The notes: generated from the sequence alone by a model not told the origin. DNA of 64,000 nt from Candidatus Omnitrophota bacterium (GCA_043823435.1 JBDRAV010000003.1:32366-96365), one strand, 5' to 3'; positions 25,674 to 35,585 are shown, counted from the first letter of the stretch. Numbers and translations: made by a program.

Positions 25674-26942
25674 TTAATTTAATTTCAACTCTGCGTAAAG
25701 GCTCTGTTCGTTGGATTTTAGAGGGCCGATAACGGCAAGATTTATGTTTTCTTCTTTAAATATGCGTTCGGCTACCCGACGTATATCTTCGCGTTTTATC
25801 TTATTTATCGTATTGATCGTATCTTTCAACGAATGAGCTTCGTCAAGCATGGCCGTGGATTCTCCGAGCCATAGCATATGGTCTAATGTTTCTTCCAGGG
25901 AGAGTGCGAGTTGCCCTAAATAAAATTCTTTCGCGCGCCTGAACTCGTCAATGCTTACCAGATCGCGCCTAATCTTCCCCAGCTCTTTCAAAATCAGCCT
26001 TAATGAATCCTCAACCTTACGGTTATCGATGCCGGCATGCACGATAAATGCTCCCGTGTCCTTAAAATGCTTGACATGGGTGCCGATTTCATAAGCCAAC
26101 CCCCTCTTCTCCCTGACTTCATTAAAGAGGCGACTGGACATATTTGCACCTAACATTACGTGCAGGAGCGCTTGCGCGTATCTTAAGGGATCACTTCTTT
26201 TAAAACTATGGAACCCCAAAGCCAGGTGCGTTTGCTCCGTGTCCTTATGCAATAACTTTAATTGCGGGCGCGGCTGCGCTTCTTTAGCCCTGACGAAGAC
26301 ATTTGCGCTCTTTCGCTGAAAGGAAGAAAGAATATCCTTTATCCTGTTTACCAACTTCTCATGCTTCAGGAAACCCGCGGCGCTGATTACCATATTCGAA
26401 GGAACGTAATACTGCTTTTTGAACAAATTAATTTCTTCTCTATTTATACGATTGACTGATTCGGCCGTACCCGCGATAGCCATGCCCAGAGGCTGTCTCG
26501 GCCATAAAAGCCCATCGAGCAGTTCGTATACATAACTCTGCGGCAGGTCTTTGTACATCTTTATCTCTTCCAGAATCACTGTCCTCTCTTTTTTGATCTC
26601 TTTCGGAAGCAACAGAGGATTTGCGACCATATCTAAAAGGGTATCCAGCGCCAGCTCCAGATGATTATAAGGTAACTTTACCAGATAACAGGTCAATTCC
26701 TCTGAAGTAAAGCCGTTCAGGGAACCGCCTACGCCTTCAATGGATTCTTTTATCTTACGACAGGAGCGTTCTTTGGTGCCCTTAAAGACAAGATGCTCTA
26801 AGAAGTGGGCTAGGCCTTTATATTCTGATGTTTCATACCTGCCGCCCACCTTGATCCATATACCTATGGCAACGGATTGCATCCTCTTCATAGGATAGGT
26901 GATTATCCTCAGGCCGTTCTCTAATATTGTCTTTTTGTACAT
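25674..26942 (-). CDS. M16-family zinc metallopeptidase (insulinase-like)
   Basis: Inverted zinc motif HFLEHLVFKG near the N-terminus; two-domain M16 size (422 aa). Confidence 0.8.
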   Translation of the reverse strand: MYKKTILENGLRIITYPMKRMQSVAIGIWIKVGGRYETSEYKGLAHFLEHLVFKGTKERSCRKIKESIEGVGGSLNGFTSEELTCYLVKLPYNHLELALDTLLDMVANPLLLPKEIKKERTVILEEIKMYKDLPQSYVYELLDGLLWPRQPLGMAIAGTAESVNRINREEINLFKKQYYVPSNMVISAAGFLKHEKLVNRIKDILSSFQRKSANVFVRAKEAQPRPQLKLLHKDTEQTHLALGFHSFKRSDPLRYAQALLHVMLGANMSSRLFNEVREKRGLAYEIGTHVKHFKDTGAFIVHAGIDNRKVEDSLRLILKELGKIRRDLVSIDEFRRAKEFYLGQLALSLEETLDHMLWLGESTAMLDEAHSLKDTINTINKIKREDIRRVAERIFKEENINLAVIGPLKSNEQSLYAELKLN

Positions 26943-26948
26943 CGGGAT

Positions 26949-27734
26949 TTATAACGCGAGGTTAGAAACGAACCGGCCAACGCTCTTGACCAGGCCGGGC
27001 CTATTTATATTCCTTCTGATCTCTTTAACAATGGCGCTGCCTACTATTACCCCGTCAGCAATTTTGTAGATCGCTTTTACCTGTTCTGGCCGTGATACTC
27101 CAAATCCGACGCAAACCGGCTTATCGGTAAGCTCCTTGATCAGTTTCAGGTTCGCCGAAAGGTCGCCGGGGAGGACCTGACGTGGCCCGGTGACGCCGGT
27201 CAAAGAAACATAGTAGATAAATCCGTTGGAGACTCTGGATATGAATTTAATGCGTTCACGCGTGCTCGTCGGCGAAATAAAAAATATCGTATCTAAATCA
27301 TGTTTATTGGCTGACCTGATAAAAGAAATCCCTTCTTCCGGAGGAAGGTCTGGTATAATCACCCCGTCTAAGCCGCTCTGTGAAGCTATGCGCGCGAATC
27401 TTTCCTCGCCGAAACAAAATACAGGATTATAGTATGTCATCAGGCAGATAGGTATATCTATGCTACCCCTGACGCTCTTCACTAACCTTAATATATCATT
27501 AAGGTGAACCCCTCTTTTTAAGGCTGCCTGGGACGACTCCTGAATAATCGGTCCGTCTGCTAAGGGATCGGAAAAAGGAACACCCAACTCTATAATATCC
27601 ACACCAACCCTAGAGAATTCCAATATCAGTTTCCTGGTGATATCAAGGCTTGGGTAGCCTGCGGTAATAAAAGCGATGAATGCCTTCTTGCCCTTTCTTC
27701 TTAATGCATGAAATTTCCGGCTGATACGGTTCAT
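26949..27734 (-). CDS. trpA: Tryptophan synthase alpha chain
   Basis: ..[33 protein letters not shown].. Start moved to the ATG at 27732-27734, which forms the classic ATGA overlap with the trpB stop. Confidence 0.9.
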   Translation of the reverse strand: MNRISRKFHALRRKGKKAFIAFITAGYPSLDITRKLILEFSRVGVDIIELGVPFSDPLADGPIIQESSQAALKRGVHLNDILRLVKSVRGSIDIPICLMTYYNPVFCFGEERFARIASQSGLDGVIIPDLPPEEGISFIRSANKHDLDTIFFISPTSTRERIKFISRVSNGFIYYVSLTGVTGPRQVLPGDLSANLKLIKELTDKPVCVGFGVSRPEQVKAIYKIADGVIVGSAIVKEIRRNINRPGLVKSVGRFVSNLAL

Positions 27735-28912
27735 AACTTTAAACTCCTGACCACTATATCCAGATCCTTGTCCCCTCTTCCGGAAAGACAAAGGATAATA
27801 ATGGAATTCCTGCTGATATCCCTTTTCATTCTGGTTAAATAGAATATTGCGTGGCTAGGCTCTAAGGCAGGGATTATCCCTTCTGTCTCGGACAATAACT
27901 TAAAACCCTCCAATGCCTCTTTATCGCCCACTGCCACATATCTTGCCCTGCCTGTCTTCTTATAATAGGCGTGTTCAGGGCCTACGCCCGGGTAATCCAG
28001 TCCGGCGGCTATAGAATGAGCGATCTTCACCTGCCCGAACTTATCTTCTAAGAGTTCGGATTTAGAACCATGCAAAACTCCGGGATGCCCAGCGACTAAA
28101 GTAGCTGCATGCTTTCCTGAAGACAGGCCCATTCCCGCTGCCTCAACACCGATGAATTTTACCTTTTTATCCTTAAAAAACGGATAAAATAACCCTATGG
28201 AATTGCTGCCGCCGCCTACGCAGGCTACAAGATAATCAGGCAGCCGGCCCTCTTTTATTAATATTTGTTTTCTTGCCTCGCGGCCAAGCACGGATTGAAA
28301 ATCCCTGACCATCATCGGATAAGGATGCGGGCCGACCACGGAACCGATAATATAATGCGTGGTGCGCACATTGGTCACCCAGTCTCTTAAGGCTTCTGTA
28401 GTGGCGTCTTTTAAGGTCTTTGAGCCACTTGTAACCGGTATCACCCTTGCGTCCAGGAGTTTCATCCTAAAGACATTCAGCCTTTGCCTTTCAATATCAT
28501 CTTCGCCCATATAGATATCGCATTCAAGTCCAAACATAGCTGCGACGGTCGCGGTAGCCACTCCGTGCTGCCCTGCTCCGGTCTCGGCGATAATACGCTT
28601 CTTCTTCATCCGCAACGCAAGCAGGACCTGTCCGAGGGTATTATTTATCTTGTGGGCGCCTGTGTGCAAAAGATCCTCTCTTTTAAGATAGATCTTATGT
28701 ATACCTAAGGATTTACTGAGATTTCTGGCAAGATACAGCGGGGTGGGCCGTCCGGCGTATTCCCTAAGGTAATAATCAAATTCCTGCCTAAATTTCTTGT
28801 CGCGACAGACCTTTCTATACTCCCTCTCTAATCCATCGAGGGCATAAATGAGCGTCTCGGGCACAAACCTGCCGCCGAAGCCGTCAAAATGTCCTTTTCT
28901 GTCCGGTAACAT
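27731..28912 (-). CDS. trpB: Tryptophan synthase beta chain
   Basis: PLP-lysine region [29 protein letters not shown]. Confidence 0.95.
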   Translation of the reverse strand: MLPDRKGHFDGFGGRFVPETLIYALDGLEREYRKVCRDKKFRQEFDYYLREYAGRPTPLYLARNLSKSLGIHKIYLKREDLLHTGAHKINNTLGQVLLALRMKKKRIIAETGAGQHGVATATVAAMFGLECDIYMGEDDIERQRLNVFRMKLLDARVIPVTSGSKTLKDATTEALRDWVTNVRTTHYIIGSVVGPHPYPMMVRDFQSVLGREARKQILIKEGRLPDYLVACVGGGSNSIGLFYPFFKDKKVKFIGVEAAGMGLSSGKHAATLVAGHPGVLHGSKSELLEDKFGQVKIAHSIAAGLDYPGVGPEHAYYKKTGRARYVAVGDKEALEGFKLLSETEGIIPALEPSHAIFYLTRMKRDISRNSIIILCLSGRGDKDLDIVVRSLKL

Positions 28913-28941
28913 ATTAACCTCTTTTTCTAAGTATAGCCGTC

Positions 28942-28970
28942 ATTATAAGCTAAAAAGAAATAGCAGTCAA
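28942..28970 (-). promoter_or_regulatory. Internal sigma70-type promoter TTGACT-17-TATAAT upstream of trpB
   Basis: On the plus strand, agtcaa at 28965-28970 and attata at 28942-28947, with a 17-nt spacer, in the trpF-trpB spacer. Confidence 0.55.
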
Positions 28971-28989
28971 TTCAATAGCTTAATCGCTG

Positions 28990-29610
28990 CTATGCATTCT
29001 TCTTCACAATCTCAATGAATTTCTTAACCTTCTTGCGATCCTTCTTTCCAGGCTTAATCTCTACGGCACTGGAAACATCTATCCAGTCCGGGCGCACCTG
29101 CTTTATTGCCTCCGCCACGTTCTCTGCGTTAAGGCCTCCGGAGAGGAATATCGGCTTGTTAAAAGCATCCAGCTGCCTTACGAGCGTCCAGTTGAACTTT
29201 TTGCCCGTGCCGCCTATCCTTGATTTTGAAAAGGTATCAAAAAGATAAGCAAAGGTCTCATAGTCCAGGGTATCTTTCAAATTTATCTTATCCCTTACCC
29301 TGAATGCCTTGATCACCTTATAATCATGGAACTTTACGCAGAATTCAGGCGATTCGTCTCCGTGAAACTGCAGCATATCCAGGTTGCACATTTTAGCAAT
29401 GCGCCTTACGCTGTCTTCCCTGGTATTTACGAAGACCCCTACCTTCAGGACAGAAGACGGAAGTTGCGCTGTTATCCGGCTTGCTTTCTCGGGGATGATA
29501 TAGCGGGGGCTTTTTTTATAAAACACAAAACCCAGGGCATCGCAGCCTGCATCCATCGAATCCAGGGCATCATCCAGATTAGTTATCCCGCAAATCTTTA
29601 CTTTAACCAA
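28990..29610 (-). CDS. trpF: Phosphoribosylanthranilate isomerase
   Basis: (M)VKVKICGIT..DALGFVF..SPR.. TTG start at 29608-29610 with no SD. Confidence 0.9.
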   Translation of the reverse strand: MVKVKICGITNLDDALDSMDAGCDALGFVFYKKSPRYIIPEKASRITAQLPSSVLKVGVFVNTREDSVRRIAKMCNLDMLQFHGDESPEFCVKFHDYKVIKAFRVRDKINLKDTLDYETFAYLFDTFSKSRIGGTGKKFNWTLVRQLDAFNKPIFLSGGLNAENVAEAIKQVRPDWIDVSSAVEIKPGKKDRKKVKKFIEIVKKNA

Positions 29611-29617
29611 TATATCT

Positions 29618-29652
29618 TAACTATTAACTATGAACTATTAACAATGAACTAA
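29618..29652 (-). repeat. Five tandem heptads; on the mRNA UAG-N4-UUG-N4-UAG-N4-UAG-N4-UAG just before the trpF start
   Basis: Plus strand reads taactat taactat gaactat taacaat gaactaa (29618-29652), occupying most of the 43-nt trpC-trpF spacer. Confidence 0.7.
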
Positions 29653-29653
29653 C

Positions 29654-30442
29654 TTACCATCCCATCAACTCTTCGATCTTATTCTTAATATCTGGCGCTT
29701 CCATAATGGCTTCGCCGATTAAGACCGCGCTTACCCCCAATATCTTCAAGAATAAGACGTCCTGGGAACTCTTGATACCGCTTTCCACCACCACGACTTT
29801 ATCTCTGGGAATTAAAGGGAATAATTTCTCCGTAGTCCCGGGGACTATCTCCAGGGTATGCAAATCACGGTTATTTATTCCTATCAAAGGTATTTTTAAA
29901 TTCAAAACCTTCTTCAGTTCCTTCTCATCATGGACCTCCACAAGAGAATCCATTCCAAGGGTATCGGCTAACTCTATTAGTTCCACTATCTTTTCCTTTG
30001 ATAGCAAATCTGCAATCAGGAGTACGGCGTCCGCGCCAAAGACGCGCGATTCATAGACCTGGTACGGCTCAAGAATAAAATCTTTTCTTAAGACAGGACA
30101 GCTAGCTATATCCTTCACATCATTGATATAAGAGATGTTTCCGCCGAAATAATCATCCTCGGTGAGTACGGATATAGCCTGCACGCCGCAGTCTCGATAA
30201 ATGCGGGCGATCTCCTGATGGTTAAAATCAGGACGGATAACCCCGCGGGAAGGTGATTGTTTCTTTATCTCTGCGATAAGTGAGATCTGACGGGATTTCT
30301 TTATGGATTCCATGAAAGGCCTGGTGGCAGGAAGACCCTGTATCTTTGTTTTTAAATCCTCTTCTGAAAGTTGCTGCCTGGCTAAAATTATCTTTTCTTT
30401 CTTTTTCTGTATTATCTCTTTTAAGGTATCTGTTTTACCCAT
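29654..30442 (-). CDS. trpC: Indole-3-glycerol phosphate synthase
   Basis: ..SLIAEIKKQSPSRG..LRKDFI..NNRDL.. signature of TrpC. Confidence 0.9.
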   Translation of the reverse strand: MGKTDTLKEIIQKKKEKIILARQQLSEEDLKTKIQGLPATRPFMESIKKSRQISLIAEIKKQSPSRGVIRPDFNHQEIARIYRDCGVQAISVLTEDDYFGGNISYINDVKDIASCPVLRKDFILEPYQVYESRVFGADAVLLIADLLSKEKIVELIELADTLGMDSLVEVHDEKELKKVLNLKIPLIGINNRDLHTLEIVPGTTEKLFPLIPRDKVVVVESGIKSSQDVLFLKILGVSAVLIGEAIMEAPDIKNKIEELMGW

Positions 30443-30533
30443 TTATCCTTTCATAGTTTTAATGAGGTGGGATATAAATTCGCACACATAACTTACTCAC
30501 GCCATAGCGTTCGTAAGTTATGTGCTCATTTAT
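30443..30533 (-). repeat. E1 plus module B element filling the trpD-trpC spacer (sense orientation)
   Basis: Minus strand reads ATAAATGAGCACATAACTTAC..GTAAGTTATGTGTGCGAATTTATATCC..GGATAAATG. Stems at 30485-30496/30513-30524 and ATCC/GGAT (30445-30448/30470-30473). The trpD TAA lies inside the terminus. Confidence 0.8.
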
Positions 30534-31543
30534 CCCCTCAACGAATACTCTTTAAGCTGCTCCAGTTTCTTTAATGCCTTCCCTGAATCTATGGATTCAG
30601 CAGCCAGGCCCATGCCGTCTTTTATGGATTCTGCTTTGTCTGCAACATATACGGCAGCCGCAGCATTCAATAAGACCATATCGCGGTGCGCCCCTGGTTT
30701 TCCTTCCAGGATATCAAGCGCTATCTTCACATTATCGGCAATTGCCCCGCCCTTTAAATCCTCTAATTTTGCCCTCTTCATACCGAAGTCTTCGGGGAAT
30801 ATTTCATAACTCTTAAGTTTTCCTTTCTGCTCCTCAGAAATATATGTTTTTGCGGTCGTAGTTATCTCATCGAGCCCATCTTCGCTATGTACGAATAAAG
30901 CATGCGCTGTACCGAGGTTCCGTAATACTTCGGCTAATATTCCTGTCCAACGGCGGTCGTATACGCCGACCAGCTGGTGCGTTGCTCCCGCAGGGTTGGT
31001 CAAAGGTCCTAAAATATTGAATATGGTCCTGGTTGGTATCTGTTTCCTCGCGGGCATAGCATATTTCATCGCCGGGTGTAGATTGGGCGCAAATAAAAAT
31101 GCTATTCCAATATCAGACAGGCATCTTTCTAGTTTCTCTTTAGGCATATTAATATCAACGCCTAATGCCTCTAATATATCTGCGCTCCCGCAGCAGCTGG
31201 TTACACAACGGTTACCGTGCTTGGCAACAGTAATACCGGCTCCGCTAGCCACAAAAGCCACGACCGTAGAAACATTAAAGACACCTTTCTTGTCTCCCCC
31301 TGTCCCGCAGGTATCCAGGAGCGGTTCTTTATCAGTATGGATTCTGGTAGCATGCCTGCGCATAACAGAAACCGCTGCAGTGACCTCCTCGCTTGTCTCG
31401 CCTTTGCTGCTTAACGCAGACAAAAAAGAAACGATCTCTGCAGTCTCGGATTTTCCGGTCATGATCTCTTCCATAACCACCTGCATCTGGAGGCTGGATA
31501 AGTCGCTGCCTTTTGCTAATATTCCCGTTGCTTCCTTTATCAT
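30530..31543 (-). CDS. trpD: Anthranilate phosphoribosyltransferase
   Basis: ..LDTCGTGGDKKGVFNVST..KHGNR.. motifs. Confidence 0.9.
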   Translation of the reverse strand: MIKEATGILAKGSDLSSLQMQVVMEEIMTGKSETAEIVSFLSALSSKGETSEEVTAAVSVMRRHATRIHTDKEPLLDTCGTGGDKKGVFNVSTVVAFVASGAGITVAKHGNRCVTSCCGSADILEALGVDINMPKEKLERCLSDIGIAFLFAPNLHPAMKYAMPARKQIPTRTIFNILGPLTNPAGATHQLVGVYDRRWTGILAEVLRNLGTAHALFVHSEDGLDEITTTAKTYISEEQKGKLKSYEIFPEDFGMKRAKLEDLKGGAIADNVKIALDILEGKPGAHRDMVLLNAAAAVYVADKAESIKDGMGLAAESIDSGKALKKLEQLKEYSLRG

Positions 31544-32103
31544 ATTTTCAAGAAATTGGCGAGTATATCCTTGCCTGTTTTAGTCAGGATAGATTCGGGA
31601 TGAAACTGAACTCCCCAGAGGGGATACTTTTTATGTTTTAAGCCCATGATCTCACCTTCCTTTGTCCAGGCATTTATCTCAAGGCACGCGGGGAGGGTCT
31701 TCTTTTCCACCAGCAGAGAATGATAGCGCGTGGCTTCAAAAGGATTGGGTATACCGCGGAATATGGTCCTCTGATTATGGTGAATAAGAGAAGTCTTGCC
31801 GTGCATAAGCTTTTTAGCACCTATAATACGGCCCCCGTACGCATAACCCATACATTGATGCCCCAGGCAGACCCCCAGGATAGGGATCTTACCTGCAAAT
31901 TCCCTGATCAAATCGCAGGAGATGCCGGCGCCCTCCGGCCTTCCGGGTCCGGGAGAAATAACTATTTTTTTCGGCCTTAACTTCTTAATTTTATTTAAAG
32001 TTATCTTATCATTCCTGAATACATTGATATCGGCGCCCAATTCGCCCAGATACTGCACGAGGTTATAGGTAAAAGAATCGTAATTATCAATCATTAATAT
32101 CAT
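31540..32103 (-). CDS. trpG: Anthranilate synthase component II / aminodeoxychorismate synthase glutamine amidotransferase
   Basis: MILMIDNYDSFTYNLVQYL..GVCLGHQ..QFHPES triad-GATase motifs. Confidence 0.9.
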   Translation of the reverse strand: MILMIDNYDSFTYNLVQYLGELGADINVFRNDKITLNKIKKLRPKKIVISPGPGRPEGAGISCDLIREFAGKIPILGVCLGHQCMGYAYGGRIIGAKKLMHGKTSLIHHNQRTIFRGIPNPFEATRYHSLLVEKKTLPACLEINAWTKEGEIMGLKHKKYPLWGVQFHPESILTKTGKDILANFLKI

Positions 32104-33362
32104 TCTTTTTCTCTCCAGATCCTTGCGCCTAGCTTCTCCAGTTTCGCTTCCATATTCTCGTATCCGCGCTCAAGATGGTATAACCTGGATACCGAGGTCC
32201 TGCCGGAAGCTATTAATCCTGCCAACACCAGAGACGCCGATGCGCGTAAATCCGATGCCATAACCGGAGCACCTGAAAGACGCTTTACGCCCTCCACAAT
32301 AGCATGCGGTCCCTCCCTCTGAATATGGGCACCCATCCGGTTCAGTTCAGACACATGCATAAACCTGTCCGGGTAGATTTTTTCCGTAATCACGCTTATG
32401 CCCGCAGTAACAGCCATAAGGCTCATGATCTGCGCCTGCATATCCGTAGGAAAACCCGGGTAAGGAAGAGTAGTCACATTTATAGGGCTTATCCTCCTTT
32501 TAAGGCGCACGCGAACAAAGCCATCGGTCTTATTTATGTATGCCCCTGCCTCTTCTAATTTATCCACCAACGCTCCGAGATGCTGATAACAGACATTCTT
32601 TATGGTGATATCTCCTTTGGTGATTAGCGCCGCAACCATCAGAGTGCCGGCTTCTATCCTGTCAGAAATTATTGAATGCTCGGCGCCGTGCAGCTCATTG
32701 ACTCCCTCTATCTCTATAACGGGTGTGCCATGGCCCTTGATCTTGGCCCCCATCTTAATCAGGAATTCCGCCAGGTCTGCGACCTCCGGCTCGCAGGCAG
32801 CAGATTCAATTATAGTCTTACCTTTTGCCAAGGTAGCTGCCATCATTACATTATCGGTAGCCAGTACCGATGAACCGTAAACGCCGCCTAAATATACGCG
32901 CCTACCTTTAAGACGGTTTGCTTTTGCGTGGATATATCCGGATTCAACCGTAATATCTGCTCCCAGCGACTTAATGCCTTTAAGGTGCAAATCTACGGGC
33001 CTCACTCCTATAATACATCCTCCGGGCAAAGAAACCTTAGCCTTCTTAAATTTGGCAAGCATGGGCCCTAAAACGCAAAAAGAGGCGCGCATCGTAGAAA
33101 CCAGTTTATAATCGGCGACAAAACTCGCGTTCCTGGTTGGGCCGACACGCACAACGCCTCTATCGAACTCCGAGTTCTTGCCCAAGGAACGCAGGATCTT
33201 GAGCATTGTATTTGTATCGCGTAAGTTCGGCACGTTTTTAATCACACACGGCTCATCCGTCAACAGCGTTGCGGCAAATATTGGTAAGACCGCATTCTTA
33301 GAGCCAGAGACAACAACTTCTCCTTTTAATCTTGCGCCCCCTTCAATGATCAGCTTATCCAT
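32100..33362 (-). CDS. murA: UDP-N-acetylglucosamine 1-carboxyvinyltransferase
   Basis: [27 protein letters not shown].. and 420-aa MurA architecture. Confidence 0.95.
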   Translation of the reverse strand: MDKLIIEGGARLKGEVVVSGSKNAVLPIFAATLLTDEPCVIKNVPNLRDTNTMLKILRSLGKNSEFDRGVVRVGPTRNASFVADYKLVSTMRASFCVLGPMLAKFKKAKVSLPGGCIIGVRPVDLHLKGIKSLGADITVESGYIHAKANRLKGRRVYLGGVYGSSVLATDNVMMAATLAKGKTIIESAACEPEVADLAEFLIKMGAKIKGHGTPVIEIEGVNELHGAEHSIISDRIEAGTLMVAALITKGDITIKNVCYQHLGALVDKLEEAGAYINKTDGFVRVRLKRRISPINVTTLPYPGFPTDMQAQIMSLMAVTAGISVITEKIYPDRFMHVSELNRMGAHIQREGPHAIVEGVKRLSGAPVMASDLRASASLVLAGLIASGRTSVSRLYHLERGYENMEAKLEKLGARIWREKE

Positions 33363-34153
33363 TATCTCTCTCGTTTCTTTGCGACAACGACTCTGTCTAA
33401 ACCGCTATAATCCTTAACCCACTCCATTATCTCAAAATATCCTGATTTTTGAAGAATATTTTTTATGGCCTTTTTCTGATCAAAGCCGGTCTCCATAATC
33501 AGAAATCCGCCCTCCCTTAAATAACGCGGGGCTTCTTTGATTATGCGGCGGTAAAAAAACAGACCATCCTGCCCTGCGTCTAAAGCAATACGCGGTTCAT
33601 ACCCGACTTCAGGCTGCAAAGTCTCGATTTCTGCTATAGGGATGTAAGGAGGGTTGGATATGATTAGTTCATAGTTCATGGTTCTTAGTTCATGGCCAGA
33701 AAATATATCGCTCTGCAAAAAATTAATTTCTACTTTATTTAAAATTGCGTTTTGCCGCGCAATTGCTAATGCCTTATGCGAAATATCGGTTGCTGTGATT
33801 TCTGTATCTTGAAGAAATTTCGCCAGACTAACAGCTATACATCCTGAACCCGTACCTATATCTAATATGCTATGAACCTTGAACCCTGAACTATGAATAA
33901 CTTTTATGGCAGTTTCTACCAGTATTTCTGTTTCGGGACGGGGTATCAATACGTCTCTGTTAACCATGAAACTAAAACCCATAAACTCCGCTTTGCCCAG
34001 TATATACTGGATGGGTTCGCCCTTGGCCCTTCTCTTTAATACGCCACAGACAAAACGAGAGCTGGTTTCATCTAAAACTGCATCCCTGTTCAGATACAGC
34101 GAGGCCCTGTCACAATTTAATATATCGGTAAATAATAACTCTGCTTCATTCAT
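33362..34153 (-). CDS. prmC: Release-factor glutamine N5-methyltransferase PrmC
   Basis: SAM motif [11 protein letters not shown] and catalytic NPPY; adjacent to prfA. Confidence 0.9.
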   Translation of the reverse strand: MNEAELLFTDILNCDRASLYLNRDAVLDETSSRFVCGVLKRRAKGEPIQYILGKAEFMGFSFMVNRDVLIPRPETEILVETAIKVIHSSGFKVHSILDIGTGSGCIAVSLAKFLQDTEITATDISHKALAIARQNAILNKVEINFLQSDIFSGHELRTMNYELIISNPPYIPIAEIETLQPEVGYEPRIALDAGQDGLFFYRRIIKEAPRYLREGGFLIMETGFDQKKAIKNILQKSGYFEIMEWVKDYSGLDRVVVAKKRER

Positions 34154-35203
34154 CAGCTTTGCTTTCCGCTGCCTTTATCAACGCCTCCGAAAACTCTTCC
34201 AGATCGCCTTCCATTATCGCCTCTAATTTATGCAGGGTAAGATTTATCCTGTGGTCGGTCACGCGCCTATCGGGAAAGTTATAGGTGCGTATCTTCTCGC
34301 TGCGGTCGCCCGAACCTATCTGCGAGCGCCTCTGTTGTGATCTCTTCTTGGACTCCTCCTGTTGTTTTGCATCCATGAGCCTCGCGCGCAGTATCCTCAT
34401 CGCCTTAGTCTTATTCTTTAATTGCGAACGCTCATCCTGACATGCTACCGCCGTGCCCGTAGGCAAATACGTAATCCTTACTGCCGAATCGGTCTTCTGC
34501 ATATGCTGCCCTCCGGGGCCAGAAGACCTGTAAGTATCTATTTTTAGATCCTTTGGTTCAATAACAAAATCTACTTCTTCTGGTTCTACCAATACGGCTA
34601 CTGTTGCCGTTGAGGTATGAATCCTGCCCTGCGCCTCAGTGGTAGGGACGCGCTGCACGCGGGCACGCCGCTTTCAAACCTCAGGCGCTTATACGCATCT
34701 TTTCCTTTTACGCTGAACACTATTTCCTTAAAGCCGCCCAATTCAGTCTGGTGCGCAGACATGGGCTCTACGGACCATCCTTTGCTGGCGGCGTACTTTG
34801 TGTAGATACGATAAAGGTCAGCGGCAAATAGCCCTGCCTCCATGCCTCCTGTACCCTGGCGTATCTCAACCATTACATCCCTGCCGGATGTTTCATCTTC
34901 GCCTGCTAATATGACTTTCAGCTTCTGCTGGAGGTCCGCTTTCTTATTCCTCAAATCACTAAGTTCGGCTCTTGCTAACGCCAGAAAATCCTCGTCGTGC
35001 TTCTCGTTAAGCGTTTTTTCCAGGCTATGTGTCTCAGCATCTATCTTCTTGTGTTCACGGAATAAAGATACAGTTTCTTTCAAATCTGACAATTCTTTCG
35101 CATACCTGTTATACTGCTCCCTGTCAGATACGGTTTCATAAGAAGCAAGGAGCTGCTCCAGCTCCTGATAACGCTTCTCTATCTTCTCTAATTGCGTGAA
35201 CAT
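34146..35203 (-). CDS. prfA: Peptide chain release factor 1, split into two frames by a 1-nt frameshift near 34655-34668
   Basis: The N-terminal ORF (34598-35203) ends ..RLRFESGV. The C-terminal ORF (34146-34658) begins [15 protein letters not shown] and carries [15 protein letters not shown] (GGQ). Together they make a normal RF1. Confidence 0.85.
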
Positions 35204-35239
35204 ATCTTAATTACACGGCTGCGGAAAATTAGGTTAAAA

Positions 35240-35473
35240 TTAAGCCGCGTTTTCCGTGGTCTCTGCCTCTGTTTTCTTTTTGCCGTATTTTTTTATAAAT
35301 TTATCTACCCTGCCGGCTGAATCCACAAACTTTTGCTTTCCAGTAAAGAATGGGTGGCACTTTGAGCATATTTCAACCCTGATATTGGGTTTAGTGGAAC
35401 GGGTGTGGATAGTATTGCCGCAGGCGCAGACGATTACGCAATCCTGATACTTGGGATGAATTTTATCTTTCAT
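35240..35473 (-). CDS. rpmE: 50S ribosomal protein L31
   Basis: [27 protein letters not shown]. Confidence 0.95.
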   Translation of the reverse strand: MKDKIHPKYQDCVIVCACGNTIHTRSTKPNIRVEICSKCHPFFTGKQKFVDSAGRVDKFIKKYGKKKTEAETTENAA

Positions 35474-35484
35474 TTGTTCCTCCT

Positions 35485-35585
35485 TTAAATGAGCGCATAA
35501 CTTACGGAGCGCGAAGTGCGACGTAAGTTATTTGCGCGAATTTACACCCTTCCTTATTAATAAATATAAAAGGGAGTTAGGTTTA
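35485..35585 (+). repeat. E1 plus module B element filling the rho-rpmE spacer
   Basis: TTAAATGAGCGCATAACTTACGGAGCGCGAAGTGCGACGTAAGTTATTTGCGCGAATTTAC, then the hairpin CCCT..AGGG with loop TCCTTATTAATAAATATAAA. Ends ttaggttta on the rho stop. Confidence 0.8.

Noticed and set aside
29611-29653. The heptad repeats as a canonical TRAP binding site.
   Set aside because: TRAP sites have 2-3-nt spacers and usually 9-11 triplets. Here there are five triplets with 4-nt spacers. I therefore report it only as a HutP-like geometry hypothesis.
34146-35203. The split release factor as the programmed +1 frameshift of prfB (RF2).
   Set aside because: The sequence is RF1-like (P-x-T type PTT tripeptide, prmC neighbour). 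The required shift is -1 rather than +1. The break lies mid-gene, not at codon ~25, and there is no CUU UGA site with an upstream SD.
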